A stretch of 64,000 bases of DNA from Malacoraja senta (Eukaryota). Each line of letters opens with the position of its first letter. Position 1 is the first letter of the stretch. This document shows, piece after piece, positions 12,611-24,564 of the stretch. The position numbers and the translations under genes are program-made. The notes under the pieces are model-generated. The model had not been told where the DNA came from and ran no database searches. It worked only from the letters and a program-made list of their open reading frames with translations. The stretch lies in assembly GCA_038087875.1 (NCBI GenBank), contig CM075977.1, positions 285,944,001 to 286,008,000 on the forward strand. The letters are read 5' to 3'.

Positions 12611-13666
12611 CTCACCAACCAGTCCAGAAATTGTGGACATGACCCCTACCTTTGGACCCACTCAAGTAATTTACCAAAATAAAAGAATTGGGTGTACTGT
12701 CATAGTGAAAACGGAAGGTCACATCAGGAGAAACTGTAAGCACTTCTGCAACTGCCCAGAGAAACACCTTAAGGCAAAGAACACTTATCTTGGGAGCTTG
12801 TAAAAATTGTAAGCAATTAGGTCATTGGAGTAAGGAGTGCCCTATCCAGAAGACAGAATATGGTAGAGTGGAAGAGAAATCAAGGAGCAATAAAGAAATT
12901 AAAAAGGGAGACAAAGTAGCTGGTGTTAAAAGAAGAACTCAAAGGGAATTAGATTGGCACTAGGGAAGGAAGAGAAGGAATCTATGAATCACATTAAAAT
13001 GTTAGCAAGTGCAGGAGGTATAGGAATGAGAAATAGGAGCAATCATAAACTCATTTAATAAACTGTTGTTGAGTTTGTTGTGCCTTCAGGACAGTGTTGC
13101 CTATAACACGCCATTATCTGGGGAGTGAAGTAAAAGAGCATGTGTAACGGGCAGAAGACACAGCTCAGGTAGGATGTGTAACCATCAATTCCATCCAAGT
13201 AGCTCCCCAGAGAGAAAGAAGTAATACTGTCCTGTCCCTTTAATGTCCAAGATCAGAAGCTAACAACAGCATTCACAATCTGGGAAAGGCCAAAAAACAA
13301 GGAAACAAGGAAGGTCGCTCCTCATAGTGGTATTCCTACTCTTGCAAATTTAACTTCAAGAGGAAAAAGAAGAAGTTCTATATACAAATACTCGGTGATA
13401 AAACTACTCTACACATACCCTAGAGTCAAACCTTACAAACATAAGAACATAATATTTGACACCAGTGAAAAAGGAAGAACGAAGTCTCAGGAAACTGGAG
13501 AAGTATAGACAGCCTCTAAAGACCGTTGAGGCAAGCTCCAACTTAAACAAATTAAATATGGAAACCTAGGAATGAACACTACTCTGTGGTTCAGGGACAC
13601 CCACTTTGCGCCTACATTTTGATTATCATACATAATAATTTGACCAGTTCTAAATTAGATCCCTAA

Positions 13667-13985
13667 TGGGCCTGTCCCACTGTACGAGTTCACCCAAGAG
13701 CTCTCCCGAGTTCAAAAAAAAATCTAACTCGTGGTAAGCACATAGAATGTACGTAGCGGGTACGTCAGAGCTCGGGACGTCTCTTAGCGGCTCGTAACGT
13801 TAACGGCAGGTACTCGGGAAACGCGGTAAGCTCGGGAAGACTCGTGAAGATTTTTCAACATGTTGAAAAATGTCCACGAGAGCCCCGAGTACCTACGAGC
13901 GACTATTACCGTAATTCTCTGAGTTTGAATCAGGGGAAACTCGGGAGAACTCTTGAATTAGCTCGTACAGTGGGACAGGGGCCCT
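13667..13985. mobile_element. PIF/Harbinger-like MITE
   Basis: TIR tgggcctgtcccactgtacgag / ctcgtacagtgggacagggccct; flanked by TAA / TTA. Confidence 0.75.
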
Positions 13986-14707
13986 TTAAATTGTGGGACA
14001 TGATTCATGACTATAGTAATGTAATGGAAGGACTTTAAAAAAATCGGACATTTGGTAATGGCTTAAGGGATCTGGTTCAAAAGTAATTAGACATTTGATC
14101 AATGACCTGGTATCTTTTCTTGTCTCACCCCTAGGAAAACAGTCGGAGATGGGATGAGACTGTTTAGTGACCATCAAAGAAAGGACAGACCCTAGCAGTA
14201 TCGGAAATTACAGTATGGATATAACAGTGAAAGAAATGCCCTGGGAACGTAAGGTGGTGGTGTAAAATGATGAGGTAGACTGAAAGTTCCCCTCGGAGAA
14301 GTCGATACTAACCATCCAGAAAGTTACTCAGTGGCAGGAGGAGACTAATGGCCTGTCTCACGGTGCGAGTCCACCCACGAGTGATCCCGAGTGAAAGAAA
14401 AAATTACACTCGTAGTTGTCTATGAGATTCCAAGTTTATGTTTACGAGTTTTAACGAGTTCCCACGTGTATGTCTAAGTTTGCCGTTTACTTCTCATTTC
14501 TGCGATGTACCAAGTTCCTCTCCCGAGTAAAACCCCTGTCTCACGGTGCGAGCTGACCCACGAGGTACCCCGAGCTTAAAACAAATTTAACTCGTGGTAA
14601 TCACGTACGATTAACGTAGCGGGAACGTCGGAACTCGTGGACGCAACTTAGCGACTCATGGCGCTAACGGCAGGTACCCGTGACACTTGTTAACTCTTGG
14701 AAAAACT

Positions 14708-15651
14708 CAAAAATTCAAAGTTGGAATGAACACTTATTAAACGTGCATAAATGTTCGATTAATGTAAGACACACTTTAATACAATTTAAAATTTTACAAA
14801 GATTATATTATTCGAAAACTAAAATTCATAACATTTTCCCAAATGTATCATCTATTTGTGATAAATGTCAATCCCAAGAAGCTACTATAGTGCACTCATT
14901 CGTTTTCTGTACAAAAATTCAAAAATTTTGGAAGGAAATTTTTGAAATCTTTACAAAGTTATTTAAAATAAGACTGATACCCAAAGCAGAATGGATTATC
15001 TTCGGAATAACGGAAGATGGTCCAGAACTAATGTGTTTCAAAAGAAACTAATAGACTATGGGTTTAATAACTGGAAAAAAGCTAATTCTAAATTTTGGAA
15101 GAAGGCTCCAATACCAACTATAAATATGTGGATTTCAAATATGTTTGAAACATTACACCTAGAAGAGATAAGACTCCTCCTAGCAGGTAAACCAGATCAC
15201 ATCCACCTGACGTGGTCTGCATTTATAGAATTATTACAAATATAGGGTGCAAAGATACTTTAAAAAAAAATTGAGGTCAGGTAAGGGGGGATGATAGTTG
15301 AAGAGTTGGTATGTCCCATTTACGTAATGCTCATAAAAATATTTGTTTCTCTCTTTTTTCCTCTTTCTCTTTCTCTTTCTTTTCTAGGGTCTATTTCTTA
15401 ACTCTTTTTCTTTTGTTTTTAATTTTGCTCTTATAGGGTCTTCGTCCTTTTTTGTTGTCACATTTTCTACACTTTCACTTTTTCCTTTACTTTCTTCTTT
15501 CTTTCAATCTTTTCCTTTTCTAGTGTAAAAAATAAATGGAGTACATTAATTGTAAGAAGACATAAGTGACGAGTACTAATGTATGTGGTTGTAATGTAAT
15601 GTACTTCTAATAAATTTTTAAAAAAAATTTAAAAAGGAAAAAAAAAAAAAA
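14708..15651 (+). mobile_element. L1-clade LINE 3' fragment
   Basis: C-terminal Cys motif CDKCQSQEATIVHSFVFC, T-rich 3' UTR, AATAAA and poly(A) tail. Same family as 52634-55306. Confidence 0.85.
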
Positions 15652-15774
15652 ATTGCTTCTTTTATCCCATCTCCACCCTATCCACTGACGAATAGCCCTC
15701 ACCTCTCAGGTGCGTCTAGAGGGGGGGAAGGGCAGAGAGAGAAAATTTAATGTTAGAATTAAAAAAATTTGAAG

Positions 15775-15953
15775 AGGGGGAGGAGGAGGGTGGAGAGGAA
15801 GGTGGGAGAGGAAGGGGGAGAGAGGAAGGGGGGAGAGGAAGGGGGAGAGAGAGGAGGGTGTGGAGAGAGGAAGGAGAGGATGTGGGAGATAGGTGAAGGG
15901 GGGGGTTTTGAGCAGGTGTTCATGAGTTGAGCTGCGGGCTGTGAAGAGAGAAG

Positions 15954-15987
<34 letters not shown>

Positions 15988-15998
15988 AGAGACAGAGA
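15775..15998. repeat. Polypurine tract and (GA)n microsatellite
   Basis: G/A-only runs at 15775-15905; (GA)n at ~15957-15983. Confidence 0.8.
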
Positions 15999-17296
15999 GA
16001 CTGGTACACCAAAAAAAGCTGGTGAAACTCAACGGGTGCAGCAGCATTTATGGAGCGAAGGAAATAGGCAATGTTTGTGGCCGAAACCCATCTTCAGACG
16101 TTTTTTATGTTATGAAACATTGCCTATTTCCTTCGATCCAAAGATGCTGCTGCACCCGCTGAGTTTATACTTCATTTTTTTGTTTACCTAGCGTTTGGGG
16201 TGGGGGGGGGGGGGGGTGCGGCTGTGGCATCACACTCACACTAACCACCCCCCAAACACACAGGTCTGCAGTGTGCAATAGTCACCAAAATACACTGCAT
16301 CTTTAGAAAGGAAAAATACAAAACATGTCAATCCCACTGGATAGGACTTACAACACGGAAACAGGTCCTTCGGCCCAGCTTGGCCGTGCCGTCCAAGTTG
16401 GCATCTTGGGGTAATCCTATTTGCCTGCATGTGGCCCATAGCCCTCTAAACCCTTCCCATCCATTTATCTGTCGTTAATAACCTCAAGAAAATTCCTGCT
16501 TCAGTTTCCTGGGTCCAACTCAGAGAGAAGTCTCCCCCCTTTCCAGGGTTAATCGCTCCACTGTTTATAATGCTCTCTGCATTATGAAGTCCTCGACAGT
16601 GCACCCCATGGGCAATCACTAACAAAGTGTCTGCCCACACAGTCAATACACCTCTCCTACACTTGTCTCCCGTACTAAGTCACCCCAACTCCCCCCTCTC
16701 CCCCGCTCCCTCCCCCCCCCACTTTTCCCTCCCAACTCCAGTCCCGTCCCAACCCCCTGGGAAACTGAAGGGAGCGACAATCAACTGCCATGGATACCAA
16801 TAATGTTATACACAAGAAAGGGCAGATGCTGGTTGACAAAAGTGAACACACAGTGCTGGAGTAACACAAAGACGCAGCAGAAATTTGGAAACGTCATCCC
16901 ATCACCCATTCCCTCTCTCCAGAGATGCTGCCTGCCCGCTGAGCTAAAGAGTGCCCACGGTAGACTCGCGAGTCACTACGGTAAACTCACGGGCTACTAT
17001 GTTCTTACAACGAGTTTAAATGTTTCAAATTTTAACTTCAAGAGTAAATTTGACTTGTGGAAATCTTTAATCATGTTTACAGTTTTTCAAGAGTTAACAA
17101 GTTTCCAGGGTACCTGCCATTAGCGCCACGAGTCGCTAAGTTGCGTCCACGAGTTCCGACGTTCCTGCTACGTTAATTGTACGTGATTACCACGAGTTTA
17201 ATTTGTTTTAAACTCGGGGTCACTCGTGGGTCGACTGAGACAGGGGTTTAAGGATAAAGATGAATCTCTATTGTCTGTCAACATATTAGAAAGAAG

Positions 17297-17830
17297 AATT
17301 ACATTGAGTTAGAAGAAGTACCAGGGGAGTGGGTACTTATTGTCAAAGTCAATGTATTTGACCGATGGATCAAAATTTATCCAACCCTTAATAATAAAGC
17401 GGCTACTATTATCAAGGAGTAAAGAAAATTGTCTCTAGATTCGGCATCCCTATTTGGCTTTATTTAAATAATGATCCACAACATATTAAAACAAATTGAT
17501 AAAATGATGTATACAGCTGGGAATTCCGCAGCAATTGAATTGTAAGTATCGACCACAAGCTGTTGGAGTTGTAAAAGGGGTAAGATAGACCCTGAAACTT
17601 AAATTAGTTAAATTAAAGGCTGAGTCTGAATTTGGCTGGATTGAAGCATTTCCCATTGTTATTTTAATTAAGAGCCTGTAGGGAAATCTGGACTGAACCC
17701 AGCTAAAATTCATATGAGAAACCTTCATTAAAAGTACACTGGGAATGATCACTTTTCATCGTGTGACTGCAGAGATGACTGACCATATTTTAGCTTTGAT
17801 CCTAGTGTTGGAAGAATTTTATTATAGAGT
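17297..17830 (+). pseudogene. ERV integrase core remnant
   Basis: NYIELEE..VLIVKVNVFDRWIKIYPTLNNKAATII, IVSRFGIP, QLGIPQQLNCKYRPQAVGVV, TLKLKLVKL: class I retroviral integrase motifs with stops and frameshifts. Confidence 0.8.
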
Positions 17831-18170
17831 AGGAGCAGTGTACACAGAGAGGCCTTCTGTTGAGAGTAGCAGGGAAGAAGTTGTGGGTATATCTCCACGA
17901 CTGTAGGAGTATCAGTGAAAGTATGGACTGCTAACTTACTTTATCCGACGTTCTTCTAGGAACTTCATACTCTACTACGGATCAAGCACAGATGAATTAG
18001 CAACGTGGATGGATGGGATTCGCGCCCACGAAAACTCGGGAGGTGAAGACTCATCAGATGGAAATCATGAAGCTACGCCCACGAAATCTCGGGAAGCTTG
18101 ATGAGATTCTGGGAAAATACATCAGCATCTTGTTATTAATGTATTTGTTAAGATGGAACAGTCACCATTG

Positions 18171-18942
18171 TGGGGCTAAAATAGAACCAAAATAAAGCAC
18201 AGAATCCATGCATTCACAAGGCCTGATGGTCATTTCTGTATATGAGGGCACAGGCTGCTGACTGGTGCCAGGAAGTCTAGGTCCCAGATCAGTGCCTCGG
18301 ATAAGAAAGGTTTGGGTATCTTTACAATTGTTGGTATGTATGAGAATCTTGCAGAGGAATTCAGGATATTGTAAATGCATGAGTTTGATTGGATTACTGC
18401 AAAGGGATTGTAAATAATGTAAATAATGTTGCAAGACAGTTACCCTGCTGTTAGTTGATTGGCCAAAATGTTAAGCCCTGGCATAATTGTTTTGTGTTCC
18501 AGGGTAAATGTTGCATTATTCAGTTAACTAGCTTCCTTTCAGAAACTTCTGTAAGAAACATTGTTTAAGACTCTCTGTAATTGGACTGGAAAACTGTCAA
18601 TAATGTATTGATGTGATTGATATGTATGATTGGATTGTAAAGGGAACCACCCCTCTGTAGTTCGGCCCCTCAAGGTTTGTGGACCTATAAAAGGTAGCCC
18701 CCATTTTAGGTCAATGTCGATCTTCCGGAAGGGCACTTGGGACTGTGTGTCCTTTTGGAGCATGTCTCCTTGCACGAGGCTGAAGGGCTTGGCCAGGCAG
18801 AGACAAGGATTGAACCCACGATGGTTAGGTATCGTATAGGGGAATTTGTGTTTGTTCTAAAAATAAAGAGTAGTTGGTTCAGTGCTTGAGTCAGTTTTTA
18901 CTGAACTAGACTTGGGGGGTAAGGTTTAGGAGCGTATTTACC
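18171..18942 (+). repeat. ERV 3' LTR (first 18 bp missing)
   Basis: Aligns with the 5' LTR from 4947 onward. Ends TTTACC followed by the AAAC TSD. Confidence 0.9.
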
Positions 18943-18946
18943 AAAC

Positions 18947-19760
18947 CAGCATCTCCACTGGTTTCACCAAAATTCAACAATGGGCTATGACCTTGAGAGC
19001 ACTGTCTTCAAAACAGAGAGATACCACAGAAATACCTTGGAAATGCAGACGCACTTAGTCTTCTAGTTCCAGAGGCAACTACTAATGAAGGAATACGAGG
19101 CAGTACATTTGCACGGCAGTAGAGTTGCTGCCTTACCCAGATTTGATCGTGATTACTGGTGCTGTCTGTACAGAGTTTGTGCTTTAGAGTGACGTGCTTT
19201 TTTTATCCTCCCATATTCCAAAGATGTACAAGTTTGTATGTTAATTGGCTTTGGTAAAATTATAAATTGTCCTTAATGTGTAGGATGGATCTAGACACTA
19301 GAATACTGTGCAAATCAGCTATTGTGGAGCAAAGAGTACATCATGATAAAGTAGCTGCAGACAAAGTATGATGGTTCCTAATTCCCAGAACTTCCCTACA
19401 ATTCGCAGAACTTGGTGCTAAGGTTGAGGTGATGGTGCATTTTGTGCAGAGCCAGAGTTGTTATTCCCCACTGGGCTGATCATTTATTCTGTAACAACTC
19501 CATCATGCACTCCCAAGAATTATTGAGATGGGTGGTTTGCCCGAAAATATATTTGCTTCTGCTTTCTTACACCCCATCAAGTGGCCTAAGCAGCCATTAA
19601 CTATGCTGGACTATTCCAATGGAAGATTTTCATACTGATAACGGATGCCCATATGAAGTGGATGGGTATATATCCAATCAATATTTCAGTGCCAAGTGCT
19701 ACCATTGAAAAGTTAACAAAAGGATTATCTACATGTTAGTATCAGATAATTGCAGCACTT
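18947..19760 (+). mobile_element. Ancient Gypsy pol (RNase H end and integrase), part 3
   Basis: KIQQWAMTL, GNADALS, HPIKWPKQP, KW..IYP...SATIEKL remnants. Confidence 0.6.
19105..19290 (+). mobile_element. Decayed HE1/V-SINE-like element
   Basis: gtagagttgctgccttac...ggtgctgtctgtacagagtttgt...tcctcccatattccaaagatgtaca...gttaattggc resembles elasmobranch HE1 SINEs. Confidence 0.6.
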
Positions 19761-20559
19761 GAAGATTTCATGAAATAAAATGACATTAGTCATCTGCCAC
19801 ATTTCATCCTTCCTCTTGTGGGGTAGCAAAGGGAGCTCTTCTAACTTTCAAAGAAGAAATATAAATAAGGAAGGAAGCAGTATTGAACCCAAAGTGCTAA
19901 TTTCCTGTTTGGTTATCAAGTCACAGCACAATCTACAACTGGGCAGTCTCCTGCAGAGTTACTCATGACGAGGAAATTGAGGTCAACTTTAGATTTCATC
20001 ATTCACAACTGGAAGCAAAACTGTATCAGAGACAATTGATAATGAACGAATACCACAGCAAACAAGCCTTACTATTGAGTTTTGCAACCTGAAATGACGT
20101 ACTTGTTCATAATTTCAATTTCGGACTAAGTGCTTTCCTGTTGAGGTGGAGGAGATAACAGGGTCATCATCATGTCTGATCATTCTGGGACAATGTCCAC
20201 CAGCAAATAGACCAAGCATGTGTCGCTGGGTTTCCACAGATCTTGAAGCATGATTGGCCTCTGTTCTTTTTAAGCAGAAATCAGATGCTCTGCAAAAGAG
20301 AAAGAGATCTCCAATATATTTGAAAGATGTTGTTAAATAATGTTGAATTAACTGAGAGGTGTTGGGAGTGGTGTTGGGAATGTGGTCTGATATGTAGTAA
20401 CATATATAATTTATGTAATGGTATATCAATAATTGAGTGTGTCTTTTAATAGTTGTTCTTCAAGTGAGCCGGGCGTAATTAGGATTATCTTGTGTGACTC
20501 TTTTAATCTTTGACAGACACTATTTAGGTTGATTTTCATCACGGCTATGTTAGCAGGCG

Positions 20560-20930
20560 TGTTCTCAGCGTCTTCCAAAGGCGTTGACTGCCCGCTACCA
20601 AAGATGAGCTCTCCCCTATTCCTGAATCTTGTGGGTATTGATACTTGGGGCACACAATTCTTGTACAGTTCTGAAGAACCATACACATCATGGCAGTTGG
20701 ACAGATTCTGGGCCGGTTGTCCTCTCCCCATCCACTATCTGCTCTGTAGTTCCAGGGCTTACTGCTGGACCTCTGCCTTCAGGTGGTGATAAAGCTGCTT
20801 CTGTTCCCTTGAGGAAAGATGAAGTTTCCAATCCAAGGACTGCATATGTTTGCAGGTAATTAGCTCCTCGATCTCCTGGTCATTCCCTCAAACCAGTCCT
20901 TCTTTTTACTGAAGCCTTCAGAGGTATTTT
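20560..20930 (-). mobile_element. Old RTE-clade LINE fragment
   Basis: Minus-strand translation KKDWFEGNDQEIEELI and LKAEVQQ*ALELQSR*WM, matching the RTE endonuclease-RT linker. Confidence 0.55.
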
Positions 20931-23900
20931 TGTCAAACGATTTCACTTTCTAGTCACGTTCTGTAAAAATAAAGTTGTTCCAACGTCTAACATGTGTTTT
21001 TCTTCTTTCAGTGATATTCTTGTGTTTGTGTTGCTAATTGATCAGGGACTGTTGCTAATTGATCACCACCATAGTTTAAGCATTGCATTGGGAAACGTGA
21101 CAAACGTATTTCCCAATGACTATTCCCAATAAACGTGACAAACTCATTCCCCAATTGCAATGCAGCCAATGCAACTTGGCTGCATTGCAATTGTTCTCTT
21201 GATATCTAGCCATAATTAAGTATATTCTGCTAAAACATCAGTACGACAATGTATGTGTTCAGCCATATTAAATGATACAATCTATTGTAATATTACCATA
21301 GAAATAATTGAGCTCAGTAAACCACATGGGTGTGTATTGGGCCATGGGCAGTGCTGCACACAGCTGGTATTCAAAGTCAGTGAACTACCACGATTAAAAA
21401 AAATAGACATCTAATTAGAAACAAATCTGTTACAATCCACTTGTGCACTGTACCAATAAATGAGATTACCCCATGACCTGAGGAGAGTTGCCAGATAGAA
21501 ACATGGATAATTGTACTTAATCTCCTGGAGGATATTTATAGGGTAAATTCCTCTCAATAGATTGCACCACCGAAACTACTGTATTCCATCACCATTATCT
21601 GAGTGAGGGCAATGTAAGAGTTACTCTCCAACGGTCACATGAACCATATATCAAGAGAAACAAGCAGGTGATTTTAGATAGGCTCTCCCATTTCACATTG
21701 TTGACATTGTCACTGTTAACAGATCATTTTACCCTATATTGTTTCTGACTAACTTTACTACAGTGCAGGCAACTCAAAAGATAGACAGAAATCTAAAGTT
21801 TATAAACTTTATTGTCAATTTTTAATGAGCATGGAACTCTCGGAATTTAGAATTATTAATAAGAATGTCTATGCTACTGTAATAGGATGACATGATTTAA
21901 ACCTTCCCTTTAATTAAAATATGATTTACTCATGAATTATCTTGCAATAGTGTCTGAGAGGATACTCTGCTCGTGACTGCCCTCAGTACTGAAACTGAGC
22001 ACCAAGCACCAACGTGCAGTCATTTGCAAACAGATGGAAACTTTCATTAAGGGACTATAAAATCATGGTGAATTTGTGCTTTAATTTGTAACACACTTCC
22101 GAATTTCACCTAATATATGACTGAGGATTTAAATTTACACTAATTGAAGAAGTATTTCACTTATATCCACATCGTTAACTTTGTTCAAAATGTTGCAATT
22201 ACCTGCGCTGTTGGTGAGCACTTAAATGCTAGTCAGCAACTCAAACCTATTATATTTTCTTCAATTTATTTCCATAATTTAACATAGTTTGTAGTGCTCT
22301 CACCTCTGAAGCATAAAGTCTAACTTCAGGTCACAAGAACCAATTCTAGGTCCGTGTTCTGTGCAAAAGAGCGGGTATTCTGCAATGCTGAGATTATATC
22401 CTTCAGACGGAATAAACTAGAGCACAGATTGTTCCATGCATTTCAAGTATGACAGTGGATTAGCAATCCAAATAGACTAGACCAATAATCGAGGGAATAT
22501 TGATTCAAATCTAATCTTGAGGCATTGAGAATTTAATTCGGCAAAAAAGATATTAAGAGCTCATGTCAGTTAAAAGGATGTATGAATAACATAATAGTTC
22601 TCTAAGATTAAAATTCTTCAGGGAGGGAAACCCACTAGCTTTGTGTACCCACTAGCTTTGCTGTGTCTGAATGACATTTTACACAAACATTGTTTGACTC
22701 TAATTTGCTCCCTGAAGTGGTCCAGCCGGTCCCTCAAATGTTTCATCACAAACACACAGATGCTCCACCTCCTCAGGCCAATGCACACTATGCTTGCCTG
22801 ACCATGAACTTTGGTACTGCTTGAATGAGGAATTCTCCTTGTGTCCTTCCTTGCTTAACATCAACAGCAGATTAACTGGTGATTCAGCTCAATGCAGTTT
22901 TATAGAACAAGTATAAGAATTACTTATCTGTTTCTGTACTTATCTATTATACTCTTCAAAGTAACATTGCATTAAAAACACTTTGTGACACTTGAAATAA
23001 CCAGAAAGTCTGTTCTTTCTTCCTTTCGATGTGGCATTGCATAGAGGCCTAGGTGCACTCATAGAAGAATATCAATGATCCACCTTTGTTCTTAAAGCAT
23101 GGGACTTGCAAAGTCCCCAGCCAACACATTTCTTCAGCATATTACTGAAACATATTTTCTGGGTGTTTTATTGTGGAAAACACTTCTCTGTATTAGCTGC
23201 ACATATATACCTAGTAACTATTAAGTGCTTTGGGACATCCTGAGGTGGTAAACACACTTATTTAGATCCCATCTGAAGAAGAGTCCCAACCTGAAAAGTC
23301 AACTACCCATGTCCTCCAGAGATGCTGAGTTACTCCATCACTTTGTGTTTTTTTTGTATAGATGTAAGTTCTTGTTATTAAAAACTCGACATTACCTAAC
23401 AAACTAAGAGGAGTCATGATACCCAGTCACATTGGCCGATGGTTATACACCCTGGGAAAAGAAATGAACAGTTATTGAGATATATACTGGACAGTCAATC
23501 AGTTATTGCCAGTTTTTCAGGCACACACAGAATTAAAATGATTTCCCTCATGGTGTACAAGATACTTTTTTTTATCCCCATTATATGTTCCATGATTTCT
23601 GTTTCATTTTGATGCAATTATTTTCACATTAATTAACAATGACTTTCATTTCAAATCCATCTCTTTTCATAACTGATACTCTTTTGAATAAAGGTTAGTG
23701 TGTCTGCACTAGTTGATTGGCAGTGCTGTCCAGAAAGGTCTGAAGAAAGGTCTTGACTGGAAACACCACCCATTCCTACTCTCCAGAGATGCTGCCTGTC
23801 CCGCTAAGTTACTCCAACATTTTGTGTCTATATTCGCATCTGCAGTTCCTTCCAACAGAAAGTTATTCCTGGGCTAGGCGTCAACTAGGCGTCGATGCTG

Positions 23901-24564
23901 CTGGTCTGCACCAGCGAGCCTTTCTTCACCAGCTACCGCATTGCCTATTCGACGTGGCCGTTGTTGCAGCTCGCTTTGTAGCCCCTGGACATCCGGGCAT
24001 TCTTCAGGCTACTGCCAACGAAAAAACGGACTCGTCACCATGGGGCTCCATCCCCTCCCACCAGTTGCCGCTTATTCCTGTTGGCCGCCGCTTTGTCTGC
24101 TCCCCACTCCACTGCCACTTCCTCATCCTTCTCTCCATGCAGTCGCTGACATCTTCCAAGGTGGAGTATGTCGGCGACTCCAGGGGAGAAGGAGAAGGAG
24201 GCAGCAGTGGAAGGAGGTGGGGGGGGGGGGTGTGGAGATGTCGAGTGGACAGCATGATGGGAGCAGGATGAGGCAGTGGTGGGGTGGAGAGCAGACAAAG
24301 CAATGGCCAACAAGTAGTAGGGGCAGGTGGTGAGAGGGGAGGAAGCCCCAGTGTCAGAACGCATCCTGGCCATGGCGGTGGTCTGAAGAAAGCTCTATCC
24401 CCAGGAGCTACAACATGAGCTGTGTCAACTGGACTGCATGGTGGGTGAAGAAGCGGGAGTGGTGTCAGAAGCCAAGGCTGTAAACAGCCTGGGAGTTGTC
24501 TCCATCAGACACCGGGTCTGGTGTTGGCAGGTTGGCAAATAGTCATTGTTGAATAATAATTGCT

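Larger units (their letters stand above)
14349..17248. mobile_element. Compound Harbinger-like non-autonomous element with long TIRs and nested inserts
   Basis: Two left ends (14349 tggcctgtctcacgg; 14531 aacccctgtctcacgg). 14531-14707 is an inverted repeat of ~17080-17248. TAA flanks at 14346, 14528 and 17249. Confidence 0.7.
4929..18942 (+). mobile_element. Endogenous retrovirus provirus (class I, gamma/epsilon-like), defective
   Basis: Two LTR copies about 95% identical by eye. 5' LTR has TGTAAAT...ATTTACA termini. 4-bp TSD AAAC (4925-4928 / 18943-18946). PBS complementary to tRNA-Pro. Gag and integrase remnants. Confidence 0.9.
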
